From Octopus bimaculoides (lineage: Eukaryota): a stretch of DNA of 36,060 nt. Positions 35,260 through 36,060 of the stretch are shown here, piece by piece. The position numbers were made by a program, and so were the translations under genes. The notes beneath the pieces are model-generated. The model worked only from the letters and a program-made list of their open reading frames with translations, made no database searches and was not told the origin of the DNA. The first letter of the stretch is position 1; each line of letters begins with the position of its first letter. Location of the stretch: the NCBI RefSeq assembly GCF_001194135.2, contig NC_068985.1:125760307-125796366 (forward strand). The letters run 5' to 3'.

Positions 35260-35583
35260 TGAAGGTGCGTGGATTAGTGCTTAGGGTATTGGGCTCACGA
35301 TCGTAAGGTCGTGGGTTCAATTCCTGGCGGTGCGTTGAGTCCTTGAGTACAACACTTTATTTCACATAGATCCAATTCACTCAACTGGCAAAAATGCGTA
35401 ATACCTGTAAGTCAAAGGACCAGTCTTGTCAGACTCTATGTCACGCTGAATGTCCCTGAGAGCTACGTTAGGGGCACGCACGTCTGTCGGACTGCTCAGC
35501 TGTTGCACATTAATTTCATGAGCAGGTTGTTCCGTAGATCGGATCAATAGGAACCCTCGTCGTCGTAACCGACGGAGTGCCAG
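35260..35583 (+). mobile_element. Chimeric SINE: head H2 joined to family A body Z
   Basis: Head gaaggtgcgtggattagtg...gggttcaattcc...gtccttgagtac resembles 31111 and 30166. From cctgtaagtcaaagg onward it aligns to the 3' part of 23773-24151. Confidence 0.85.
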
Positions 35584-36009
35584 TGTCCGTGTTTATATAT
35601 ATGTGAATGTATATATGTAGGCATGACACACATCTGGAATAGTTTCAAAAAATATTCTCATACATGGGCCTGTATATTGTGTGCGTACATGTTCGTGTGT
35701 ATCTGTGTATCTAACGGGCTATCATATGATTCAACAATAATTTTACACATTTTTCTGTCCACCCCATCACACCACTATTATGGAGAAGAATTAAGAGATG
35801 GGACAGACACTTGTTACGATATCAGTGATTTGGAGCCAGAGTACTTTCAACGGGTTAGGTGTTTCATTTTCGTTAATGTTTCGTAATTAGATAATTTAAT
35901 TTATTGCACTGTTAAGGTTGATAGGAAGTCTTAGCTTCATAGCTACCAGTGATAATCAAACGCATAAAGGTGGCATTGTGTTCTCTCTCTCTTCCCCTTT
36001 CTGTGTGTG

Positions 36010-36060
<51 letters not shown>

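Overview
Eukaryotic, AT-rich, microsatellite-saturated draft scaffold with 17 N-gaps totalling about 7 kb (~20%). The repeat content (tRNA-derived SINEs with internal CA/TA microsatellites, mariner, CR1, RTE and R4/Dong relics) most resembles an octopus genome. That taxon call is inference from recalled repeat families, not from a search. No host protein-coding gene, rRNA or intact tRNA can be supported, and almost all supplied ORFs are N-gap or microsatellite artefacts. The real coding signal is from dead transposons: a CR1 3' end, an R4/Dong pre-RT region, an internally deleted mariner with both TIRs, and an RTE reverse transcriptase with frameshifts and stops. The least obvious signal is a set of six degenerate or half type-I hammerhead-ribozyme motifs, found by eye, several inside direct/inverted repeat cassettes resembling Penelope-like pseudo-LTRs. 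One cassette (33081-33730) holds two oppositely oriented hammerheads whose core lesions are complementary, so their consensus restores an intact core. Two copies of one SINE family appear split at their internal TA/TG microsatellite by such insertions. Coordinates of diverged repeats are approximate (about +/-10-20 bp).
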